Assembly (NCBI GenBank): GCA_040400605.1
Contig: JBBAPZ010000014.1
Span: forward strand, 22,752-84,071
DNA from: Candidatus Sericytochromatia bacterium
GTDB lineage: Bacteria > Cyanobacteriota > Sericytochromatia > S15B-MN24 > JAQBPE01
Length of the DNA: 61,320 nt
Direction of reading: 5' to 3'
The position numbers and the translations under genes are program-made. Position 1 is the stretch's first letter. Every line of letters starts with the position of its first letter. This document shows, one piece after another, positions 30,408-39,220 of the stretch. The notes under the pieces are model-generated. The model made no database searches. It was not told where the DNA came from and saw only the letters and a program-made list of their open reading frames with translations.

Positions 30408-31653
30408 GCGTGGCCTCCCCTCCCGTCAAAAAGGCGGCCGGCACCTGGATCAGCCGGTGCCCCCGGTTGATGTATACCCCATCGGGCCGTGTCGGTGCTG
30501 AATCAATGAGATCCGTCGAGAGCACGGTGCTCCCGTGCGGAATCGCAAGGCCTGGCCGAAACAATAACCCGGCCCCGATGAAACAGCCCTCGCCCAGCGC
30601 ACTGCCTAGCATCCGCAACCCGGAATCAACTGGCCCGTCGGGGCCTTGCAGGATGACGGAGCGGCCGCTGGCGTTAAAGTCTGAAAAACCGCTGCCGCCC
30701 CCGACAAAACTTTCCGCCCCAATCCAGCAATTAAAAAGGGTGTCTGCGACAATCAGCGCGCCAGCCCCCACCACGCTATTGAATACATCACAACGGGTCA
30801 AGAATGCCCCGGCTTGGATGAGTGATACCTTGATCGAGGAATGTTCCCGCACGGTCACCCCATCCCCCAGCCAGGCGCCGCGGAGATGACAAAAAGCCCC
30901 GATTTCCACATCATTTCCCAACACGCATCCTTCCAGCACAGCGGTGGGGTGAATGCGACAACGATTTCCAATCCGGTTCATGCGACGCAGCACGTGCGGA
31001 TGGTGCGCCAGGCGTGTGAGCAGTTTAGCACCCAGCAGGCGCGTGAAGGGCGCCACGCGCCTTGCGGTGAATTCGCGCGCGAGAAGGCTGCCAAGCAGCA
31101 GCAAGTCGGCCCAGGTTTCAATTGCTCGCCCATAGACCGTCAGGAAGTGCAAAGTAGCCTGACAGACACCATAGGTCACGGCAGGCACCCCCACGGCCAG
31201 CGCCAGTTCCGGTGGTTGCGCAAAATCACGCGTGGGCAGTTCGCGCGTGAGATCAGCCACCGTGTGACACCAGCGCATCCGCAAAGGCCGCACGGTGGGA
31301 GACGCCTGCGCAGTTGTGAGGATCTCATGGCCGAAGGTGTCAAATCCGACGATGAATGCGTCTGGTCCACCTTGCTTTAGCGACTGCGCCACTTTCATCA
31401 TGGCAGCGTCTGAGAGCACGGCATCGGGCCATACGACAAGCGCCGGGAGATCACGAGCGGTAATGGCCTCGGGCGTTCGGGTGAGCAAAACGCCAAATCC
31501 TGCCTCGGCAAGCTGGCGGCGCAGGCGCTGATTAAGTGTTTCACCGGCCAGTGGCAACTTATCAAGCGGCGTACGAAAAGGTAGAAGGGTTGTGGGGGCG
31601 TCGATCAGGATGGCGCACAAGGAAGCACTCACGGCGACAGTATACCGAAGCAC
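30400..31653 (-). CDS. Left-handed beta-helix (hexapeptide) transferase with degenerate N-terminal nucleotidyltransferase-like region (GlmU-like architecture)
   Basis: IGNRCRIHPTAVLEGCVLGNDVEIGAFC, IGAESFVGGG, LGEGCFIGAG; overlaps the ligase start. Confidence 0.7.
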   Translation of the reverse strand: MLRYTVAVSASLCAILIDAPTTLLPFRTPLDKLPLAGETLNQRLRRQLAEAGFGVLLTRTPEAITARDLPALVVWPDAVLSDAAMMKVAQSLKQGGPDAFIVGFDTFGHEILTTAQASPTVRPLRMRWCHTVADLTRELPTRDFAQPPELALAVGVPAVTYGVCQATLHFLTVYGRAIETWADLLLLGSLLAREFTARRVAPFTRLLGAKLLTRLAHHPHVLRRMNRIGNRCRIHPTAVLEGCVLGNDVEIGAFCHLRGAWLGDGVTVREHSSIKVSLIQAGAFLTRCDVFNSVVGAGALIVADTLFNCWIGAESFVGGGSGFSDFNASGRSVILQGPDGPVDSGLRMLGSALGEGCFIGAGLLFRPGLAIPHGSTVLSTDLIDSAPTRPDGVYINRGHRLIQVPAAFLTGGEATHA

Positions 31654-31746
31654 AGTGATTGATGATCACGTTTTTGGTTGGCATTCAACATCGTGACGTA
31701 TTTGCTTGATGTTTTTGCATTTGCCAGGCAAATTTTGTACGAAAGC

Positions 31747-32013
31747 CTATGCATCATTGTTTAACTCATTTAGCAAATCGCGAACGGTGTGCAACGTTTT
31801 ACCGGTTGTGGCGCCACGTTCTCCCAGATTAATGCCATAGTGCTCGTGACACCAGACCGCCATTTCGATCAGATGCAAGGAATCCAAGCCCAAATCCTCA
31901 CGCAAGCGGGCATCCAGGGTCAAGGCGACACGGCGTTGTGTGATACGCACCAATTCGCGTTCGAGCGCTTGCAGGGTGGTATCGGGTATGTGTGCGTGCC
32001 CAGAATCGGTCAT
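31747..32013 (-). CDS. Acyl carrier protein
   Basis: REDLGLDSLHLIE phosphopantetheine motif; TVRDL; 88 aa. Confidence 0.92.
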   Translation of the reverse strand: MTDSGHAHIPDTTLQALERELVRITQRRVALTLDARLREDLGLDSLHLIEMAVWCHEHYGINLGERGATTGKTLHTVRDLLNELNNDA

Positions 32014-32019
32014 AGGTGC

Positions 32020-32808
32020 TCAGTTTTTGCCCAGGATGCGCTCAAAATGCGCGTGTCCAGCCCGTTCCCGAAAGGACGCAATGTGGGCGGCAGCCGCTTC
32101 TTCGCGCACTGCGTGCAAGCTCTGGATGAGAGGCCGGTTCATCAGGCGTTTGGTCAATCGATACGGCGTGGAGGGATAAGCAACGAGTGTCTGGAGACGG
32201 GTGCGTGCCTGCGCGAGCAGTTCGCTTGGGGAAACAACCTCAGAAAGCAAGCCCAGCGCGAGGGCGTGATTCGCATCGAGTGTGTCACAACCGATGACCA
32301 GGCGTTGCATGGCGGCGCGTCCGAGCAACTCACCGAGCAAAACGGTGCCAAGCGGACAGGCGACCCCGTTGCGTAATTCTGGCATGGCGAGTTGCGCACG
32401 ATCAGTACTCACGCGCCAGTCACCTGTCAAAGCGACTTGCAACCCTTGGCCGATCGCGTGGTGATCGATCGCCACCACCACCGGCACCTCGATCCCAAGC
32501 AACACCACATACAGATCAATGATCTCAAGCAGATACGCCCGGATATCTGCGGGATGCTCAAGACGGCTCACATCTTCAAAATCACCACCAACACTGAACG
32601 CGCGATTGTCACCACCCCACAGAAGTACCCCGCGAACGGTCGAGTCCGTCTGGATGGTCAGCGCCAGATCGTGCAAAGCTCGGGTCATCACCCGTGAAAA
32701 AGGATTGGTCGCCTTGGCATGCGCCAAGGCGATGGTCAAAAGACCATCAGACAAATCCACTTTCAGGCTATCAGCTTGTTGCCAGTATGCTTGCGTCACA
32801 GCGGGCAT
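32020..32808 (-). CDS. carB: Carboxymethylproline synthase homologue (crotonase superfamily, CarB/ThnE)
   Basis: NPFSR, WGGDNRAFSVGGDF, IIDLY, MPELRNG, YP...TKR..NRP, AAHIASF...HF..ILGK: colinear with recalled CarB over the full length. Confidence 0.88.
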   Translation of the reverse strand: MPAVTQAYWQQADSLKVDLSDGLLTIALAHAKATNPFSRVMTRALHDLALTIQTDSTVRGVLLWGGDNRAFSVGGDFEDVSRLEHPADIRAYLLEIIDLYVVLLGIEVPVVVAIDHHAIGQGLQVALTGDWRVSTDRAQLAMPELRNGVACPLGTVLLGELLGRAAMQRLVIGCDTLDANHALALGLLSEVVSPSELLAQARTRLQTLVAYPSTPYRLTKRLMNRPLIQSLHAVREEAAAAHIASFRERAGHAHFERILGKN

Positions 32809-32821
32809 GGTAAAGACAGCC

Positions 32822-35077
32822 CTACTTTCTTGTCAACGACATATCGGGGGGTGTCATCACTGGCGGGAACCCTGGCAGCCAATTGTAGCGGCCGGCAACC
32901 ATCATGAAAGCTGGGACAAGGATCAACCGCACGACGGTCGCATCCAGCAAAACGCCTACCGCCAGTGATACACCAAGCATTTTCACCACAGCGAGATCAG
33001 TCAGCGAAAAGCCTGCAAAGACCAGGATCATCAAAAACGCGCCGCCTGAGATAATGCCTGCGCTACGCCCCACCCCATACCTGATGGCCTGTGCATCGGA
33101 CATGCCTGCGCGGTGTCCTTCAACCACCCGGTGCAGCAGGAAAATCTCGTAGTCCATGGATAACCCGAACACCACACAGAACAGCAGCAAGACAAGACCA
33201 GGCGGGATACCGGGCAAGGCACCACTCAAACCGATCATGCGAGCGCTCGTGTCATTGAGAAAAAGTCCGATGGTAACGCCGAGCGCGGCTGTGACCGTGA
33301 AGGCATTGGCGACCACCGCCTTGATGGGCAACAAGATCGAGCGTGTGAACGCAAAGAGCATGAGCAAGGTAATCAAAACGACCGTGCCGACGACGATGGG
33401 GCCTGCTTTGATCACCGCATCATCAATGTCGAGGGCTTGGGCTGCGGGGCCGCCAACATCAATCTGGCAGCCTGCCAATTGGGGGAAGCGGGACCAGTTT
33501 TCGTGGCGCAAGGCGCGCACCAGGTCTTTGGCTGCAAAGTTGCTGATGTTTGGGGTTGTGATAATGTCAAGGAGGAGGCGTTTGCCTTCGCGATCCACGT
33601 ACCACCGCGCAGGTTCAGGCAAAAGGCGCTTGACGCGCTCGGGACCGGCCGCCTGCGCGACTCGGATCCACAGCTTGTTGGTGCCAGACAAGGGACTGCG
33701 AATATCCCCCACCCAGGGGCGTGTGCGAAGATCCGTGATCAGCGCCGCCACGCCTTGCAGCCGTTGGGCGCTCAAGATGGCATCAGGTGCTTTGATGATC
33801 ACGCGAATGGGCGTCAACTCCGTGGCACCGGCACTGTCACTGAGCAAATGCCAGCCGCGCACGGCTTCGAGGCTCTTGGGGACTTGAGCGACTTCCGGGA
33901 AGGCCAGCAACAAGTTTCCAGCGGGCCAAGAAAGGGTCACAAGCAACACCAGCGCACCGAACAGAAAGGTTTTTGGGCGTTGCAAAACCACGCCGACCCG
34001 CGCTTCCCAGCGTGCGATGCCGGTTGCGGTAAGGGAGGGCCCCGGAAGCCATCTGGCCCGATCCAGATAGGGGCCAGCCAAAGTCGCAAGGGCCGGAAGC
34101 AGGGTCAAGCCGGCAACAACAGCCATCAATGCGACAATCATGCCACCCATGCCCAGTCCTTGTGCATCAAGCGCGGGGACCCAAAGGATGGCGGCGAGCG
34201 CCGCGGCAACGGTCAAGCCCGAAGCTGTGAGAGTGGGCGCGGTTGCAACGACGGCTTGGGTCAGGGCTTGTTGCGCGGAAGCGCCAGCCTCGCGAATTTC
34301 GCGCCAGCGACTGATGGTGAGCAAACTGTAATCGATACCCAGGCCGAGGCCTATCATCGACGCAATGTTGATGGCAAAGGCGGATAAAGGCAAAAAACAG
34401 GCGATCGCCCCCAGCAGGCCCACGGTTGCGACAACGGCGGCCATTCCAATGGCCAACGGGATCGCCGCAGCAGCCAGACTGCCGAAGATCCCAAGCAAGG
34501 CAAGCAGCATCACCGGCACGACCCGTTGCTCGCCGGCTGAGGCCTGCTGGGCGGCATATTCTGCCACATCGACGTCAAAGGCGGCCACACCGGTGGTTGT
34601 CACCGCGATTCCAGGGTGGTTGGCGCGCCACGATTGGATACGCGCCCGCACAATCGGCACCAGACGTTCGGCAGCCGCCAAGGATTGCGCGTTTAACCCA
34701 ACCAAAACGACCACCCGATCGGAGCGACTTTTTGACCACTGCATCGTGCGGCGAACGGAACTGTCCGTGCCCAACACGGTTTGCAGATCGCGCGCGGCAC
34801 CGGACAGCCCCGGCACTGGTTGATCAGGCTCCGGGTGCAGGATTACCGCAATGAATTGCGCAAAGGGTTGATCGAATTTTTCTTCGAGTGTGGCATCCAC
34901 ACGGGCTGAGATGGAGCCAGGCACGGTGCCGAAGCCGCCTTCCAGGCGATCGCCAAAGCGCGCAGCAACACCCACGGCAAAAACCAGCACCAACACCCAC
35001 ACAGCAATGGTAAGGCGCGGCCAACGTGAAGCCGCAAGCGCCATTTTGACAAGGGGAGCGTTTATATCAAGACGCAT
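32822..35077 (-). CDS. MMPL family (RND) exporter
   Basis: GLGLGIDYSL and FGLSMDYEIFLL, DATVVRLILVPA; two membrane repeats. Confidence 0.93.
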   Translation of the reverse strand: MRLDINAPLVKMALAASRWPRLTIAVWVLVLVFAVGVAARFGDRLEGGFGTVPGSISARVDATLEEKFDQPFAQFIAVILHPEPDQPVPGLSGAARDLQTVLGTDSSVRRTMQWSKSRSDRVVVLVGLNAQSLAAAERLVPIVRARIQSWRANHPGIAVTTTGVAAFDVDVAEYAAQQASAGEQRVVPVMLLALLGIFGSLAAAAIPLAIGMAAVVATVGLLGAIACFLPLSAFAINIASMIGLGLGIDYSLLTISRWREIREAGASAQQALTQAVVATAPTLTASGLTVAAALAAILWVPALDAQGLGMGGMIVALMAVVAGLTLLPALATLAGPYLDRARWLPGPSLTATGIARWEARVGVVLQRPKTFLFGALVLLVTLSWPAGNLLLAFPEVAQVPKSLEAVRGWHLLSDSAGATELTPIRVIIKAPDAILSAQRLQGVAALITDLRTRPWVGDIRSPLSGTNKLWIRVAQAAGPERVKRLLPEPARWYVDREGKRLLLDIITTPNISNFAAKDLVRALRHENWSRFPQLAGCQIDVGGPAAQALDIDDAVIKAGPIVVGTVVLITLLMLFAFTRSILLPIKAVVANAFTVTAALGVTIGLFLNDTSARMIGLSGALPGIPPGLVLLLFCVVFGLSMDYEIFLLHRVVEGHRAGMSDAQAIRYGVGRSAGIISGGAFLMILVFAGFSLTDLAVVKMLGVSLAVGVLLDATVVRLILVPAFMMVAGRYNWLPGFPPVMTPPDMSLTRK

Positions 35078-35325
35078 CGGTTCAAGACCACCTTGTTTCC
35101 AATCATATCGGCAACACATCGCGTTGTGTTCAAAACTGGGCGAACAACAACAAAAATACCAAGCAGGCCCATTGTGCTACTCAACAACATCGTTAATCTG
35201 ATCGCCAAACCATACTGTTCCGTACCTGCTGCCAATATCCGGTTCAATTCAAACATGCGGTATTTCTCGGCTTGACGACAATTTTGATCCGCAAGCAACC
35301 CGTTGTTTGTACCACTTTGTGCTCA

Positions 35326-36744
35326 TCAGCGTGCCCCGTCTTCTGGCGACGAGTGTTTTAACGCGTCGCCAAACAGTTGCGCGCCAAGATGCGACTTAAG
35401 CGCGTCACGCTGCCAAAATCCTTGCAGGTTACCGGTTTCGAGCATTTCTTGCATGGTTGGGGTATGAATCTGGCGGGTGGTTTCCCATTCGGTGCGCAGT
35501 TTGGCGCCGGGTGGGACGAGGCTATCAATGATCGCATCACTCATAATCCCGATGCGTGCACCCTCCAGCGCAAACAACCCCAAGGAGCCATGATCGCGCG
35601 GCAACGTGAACAATCCAATTCCCCCGTAACACCTGGCCAGAAGCAAACCAAGCTTGGGATGGGGATACGTGGATAAAGCCTCAACCAGTTCCAGCGATGC
35701 AAGTACGAGATCACCATCGCTCTCGCTTTGGCGCGGATCACCCCCAGGACTGTCAATCGCACTCACCAGTGGCACCCCCAAGGCCCGAAACAGGCGCATC
35801 CCATCCAGCGCCCGTCGCACCTCTTTCACACCAATCAAGTTGTCCGGATTACGCGGCGGCTGAACCAGCAAACCATACAGGCGACCGTTCAAACGACACA
35901 AAAAGGTCCGCCACCGCTTCCCACCATCCGGATATAACTCCAGCGCCGCATCCGCCATCGAAGTGAGCAATGCCGCGAGATGCCCACCCGCATCCGCTGG
36001 GCGCTCACGAGGTGGAGAGGGCAGTGCAGCATGCCCTGACTCCTTGATATCGGTTGCGAAACCTTGTGCATCACCACAAACAAAACGCAAGACCGCTTGT
36101 GCCCGCATCAGTGCTGCTTGTGGCGAATCAGCCAATTCCTGGATCAAATGATTGGTGCCAAACTGGTGACCGGCTGAAGCCCACTCCCCGTAAGGTTGCG
36201 AGCCAGCGCCAAAGAAGGCCTGGTAGGCACCGGGGCCGGTGAGGTTGATCAACGTATCCGCGGAGGCAGCGATGCGCAGATGCCCCTGGCCGAAAAAAAT
36301 CGCCCCCATCCCCAACGCCTTGCCCAAAGCGATCGTGACAAATAGACGCGTCTGCCGCAGGGCAAAGAGATCCGGTACCGCACCAAACACATCCTGAAAC
36401 AAGGTGCGCGGCTGGGTCAGCCGTACGCCGCCGGTGGCGAGGCTAAAAACCAAGGGTCGGGTGTCCTGACGCGCCACGGTGATGAACTGGCGCAAGAGCT
36501 TCAGGTTGCCGGCTGTGAAGGTGCCGCCGTGGCAGCGGGGATCAGTGAGTACCAGCCACATGCCATCAGGAATGGTGTGGGTTTTGACATTCAGGCAAAC
36601 CAGGCCGCTTGTATCGCCTTCGCACGTGTCGAGACGCTGAATGCGGGTGGCATCAGCGAGCAGGGTCTCCCACAACAAGCCTGGGACGGCATCATCGCCG
36701 ACAGTCAAGCAGGTGATGTGCAACAGTTTTGTATCGGTCGGCAA
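35326..36744 (-). CDS. Acyl-CoA carboxylase carboxyltransferase (PccB-like, divergent); start uncertain
   Basis: GGTF, TGGVRL, IDSPGG, RCYGG, IGIMS correspond to the two-domain CT motifs. Confidence 0.75.
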   Translation of the reverse strand: MPTDTKLLHITCLTVGDDAVPGLLWETLLADATRIQRLDTCEGDTSGLVCLNVKTHTIPDGMWLVLTDPRCHGGTFTAGNLKLLRQFITVARQDTRPLVFSLATGGVRLTQPRTLFQDVFGAVPDLFALRQTRLFVTIALGKALGMGAIFFGQGHLRIAASADTLINLTGPGAYQAFFGAGSQPYGEWASAGHQFGTNHLIQELADSPQAALMRAQAVLRFVCGDAQGFATDIKESGHAALPSPPRERPADAGGHLAALLTSMADAALELYPDGGKRWRTFLCRLNGRLYGLLVQPPRNPDNLIGVKEVRRALDGMRLFRALGVPLVSAIDSPGGDPRQSESDGDLVLASLELVEALSTYPHPKLGLLLARCYGGIGLFTLPRDHGSLGLFALEGARIGIMSDAIIDSLVPPGAKLRTEWETTRQIHTPTMQEMLETGNLQGFWQRDALKSHLGAQLFGDALKHSSPEDGAR

Positions 36745-37336
36745 AGGTCAGTACCCCGGCTGTTCAAGAAACCCGCACCCGTTTATATTGAATGGTACGG
36801 GACCGATGCGCGCGTGGGAAGTGAAACAATCACGTGACACCCTGCATCTGCGTCCTGAAGCACGCTTGAATTGTTAGGCAAATGCCTGGTTTGACAACAA
36901 ACCGGACAAGACGAAACGGGGCTGGCTGCATCCTGACGTGTTTCAGTTTGTTCGTGGAATGTATACACGAAGTAACCGGAGCAAAGTGATCAGCTGTCAC
37001 CGTTTTAGAGCATGATCGAAAAACGCAATTCCGCTTTTTCAAGACTTGCATACAGCCGCCGTCGGTGCGTCACGCGCTCGAAGCGCTTTTTGAAGCATTA
37101 AAAGTGAGTGAATAAAATCAAACGCCACCCACCATATTTCAACGGCAAATAGCACGGACTTGAGGCGAAAAGTTGGGTGTCTCGACCCACATGTCGTGCC
37201 TGCTGCTCCATTGTTGTCAACAAAATCTAAACATAAATTAATCAAAAATTATATTTTCCGCAACCATCTTGAAACCGCAGAAGACGACATGATCTTCAGC
37301 AGCGTAAGTTTGTTTGTTTTCGAAAAGGAAAAACTG

Positions 37337-37795
37337 ATGTCGCAAGTGAAGTTAAATGGGATGCCTTTGAAAGTTACGATACGTCCGCTCAAGCCGGAGG
37401 ATGTTGAACAGGCGAAGACTGATGCCAAGAAAAATGGTGCGGATGACATCTTTTTTAAACTGGGCCTTGAAACGTTTCAAGCGTCAGGTCGTGGCTTGCC
37501 CATAAGTGTGTTGAAAGATAAGAATGCGACGCTGACGGTTGGCGATCAAGTGGCGAAGGTTGTTGCGACAGATGAGCAGCTGAACTCGTTTGGTGAGGGC
37601 ATGAGTCACCCGGCTGGGCTCGGGGTTGGGGCGGCAGTGGCCGGCTGGTGTGTTTATCTCATGACGAGGGGCGGTGGCCAAGCGCTTGCTGGCTTGATCG
37701 GACTCTTGACTGGGTTGTGGTACGTCGCGGGTGCGGCGGTTAACGCGATTCTAGCCGTGATTGGTGCGTTTCATCCTGTGAAAATCGAGAAATAG
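37337..37795 (+). CDS. Hypothetical membrane protein
   Basis: AAGGA RBS; two C-terminal Gly/Ala-rich TM helices. Confidence 0.65.
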   Translation: MSQVKLNGMPLKVTIRPLKPEDVEQAKTDAKKNGADDIFFKLGLETFQASGRGLPISVLKDKNATLTVGDQVAKVVATDEQLNSFGEGMSHPAGLGVGAAVAGWCVYLMTRGGGQALAGLIGLLTGLWYVAGAAVNAILAVIGAFHPVKIEK

Positions 37796-37927
37796 GCCAG
37801 CGCGTTTCCGTACAACATATTCTCTCGCAAAGATGGCGCCCGCCAAACTCGCCAACAAGCCACGGGGGCAGAGGCGAGTTCAGTGACCTCATCGCGGGCG
37901 CGGCTACTCGGGCCGCTCAGCCGAATT

Positions 37928-38917
37928 TCACCGCGGCGCAACAGCCTTGTCAAGGAATGCGCGCGTGGTGCGCCACTCTTGAAGCAGAACTTCGCGAGCC
38001 AATACTGACCCGGCGGTCACCGACAGGAGCTCAAAATCGCTGGCAGGCTCTGGCGGTCCGTGCCCGGTTGCTGGCAACGTTCGATTGTGGGTCACCCACA
38101 CCCGGGGCATCGCTGTATCATCCGCAAAGAAATCCTCCATTGCACAATACGCTTCTTGGATCGCCACAGCAGGTATTGGGCGAGCGAGCCGTTGCGCCCA
38201 CAAGCCCAGAAACCGCAGGCCACGCAGCACATCATATTCATAAAATCGCGGAAAGGAGGGGGTGAGCCAAGCAGCATCGATATACCCACCCTTGCTGAGC
38301 GAGCGACACAGGCACCGTGCAAGCAAGTATTCAGCACCAGCATCCAAAAAAGCCGTCTCTTGGGAAGTAAACGGACGCGCGGTCAAAGTCAACACGGCTT
38401 CGAGGGCAGGCAAGGTCGAGACCATCGAACTGCGTGGTATTGGGCGAAGGTAAGCCTCGTTATCACAATTGAGGCCACCATCCGGGAGTTGGTAGCGCAG
38501 AAACCATTCTCGCCAGTACGGCACGGCTTCATCCACCACGATTCCTGTGCCGGCGAGTACCTGAACCATACCCCCAAGAGCGCAGTGACATAGTGTCTGC
38601 CGGTGGGGATCGATGCCTTCGGGAACATCGGCCTCGCAAAACGGAAACGTGGGCAAATAATGCGTCCGCAGAGCCACGGCCATCGACTGGGCCGCCACGA
38701 CCGGAATTCGCTTGTTCAAACCCAGTTCATGCAGTAAAACCATGTGCCACCAAGGCGAATCCCACTTGGGCCAGTAGGGTTCTCGTGCGATGGCTCGCAA
38801 TGCGTCCGATGAAGCGAGATACGCCACACTCGCTTCGATGGCTTGCTCTGATTCAGATAGATATCTTTGCAATAACTGATTAAGCACAATCACACAACCC
38901 AACCCGTCTGACTCCAA
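37928..38917 (-). CDS. Prenyltransferase/squalene-oxidase repeat (alpha/alpha toroid) protein; start uncertain
   Basis: YQLPDGGLNC QW-like motif, FPRFYEYDVLRGL. Confidence 0.65.
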   Translation of the reverse strand: MESDGLGCVIVLNQLLQRYLSESEQAIEASVAYLASSDALRAIAREPYWPKWDSPWWHMVLLHELGLNKRIPVVAAQSMAVALRTHYLPTFPFCEADVPEGIDPHRQTLCHCALGGMVQVLAGTGIVVDEAVPYWREWFLRYQLPDGGLNCDNEAYLRPIPRSSMVSTLPALEAVLTLTARPFTSQETAFLDAGAEYLLARCLCRSLSKGGYIDAAWLTPSFPRFYEYDVLRGLRFLGLWAQRLARPIPAVAIQEAYCAMEDFFADDTAMPRVWVTHNRTLPATGHGPPEPASDFELLSVTAGSVLAREVLLQEWRTTRAFLDKAVAPR

Positions 38918-39100
38918 ACTGGTCCTGTAACGCCTTTACGCATAATGACGTGTCATCGGAGCGTTTTATTTGAAACAGCGTCCGCTCATTCTGGCTGCTC
39001 AAATCTTACCCTGCATAGCCAATTCAGGTGAAGACCTTCACTAATTCAAGGTTAATTAAATACATCAATAATTCAACCGCTGGTTCGAGGCTTCCTTGCA

Positions 39101-39129
39101 TTGACGCTGATCCTGCGCTCGGCTATTGT
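39101..39129 (+). promoter_or_regulatory. Putative sigma70 promoter of the RND operon
   Basis: TTGACG-17 bp-TATTGT. Confidence 0.5.
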
Positions 39130-39220
39130 CATGGGGTTGATGCCCGCGACCTGTTGGGGTAACGGATTGCAAGTCCTGAACAGGTCGTTTTGTTTTGGCG
39201 AGCCTACGCAATTTTTTTAA

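Noticed and set aside
23161..39100. Intact integrative element or prophage at tRNA-Glu
   Set aside because: No integrase, transposase or att duplication found by eye
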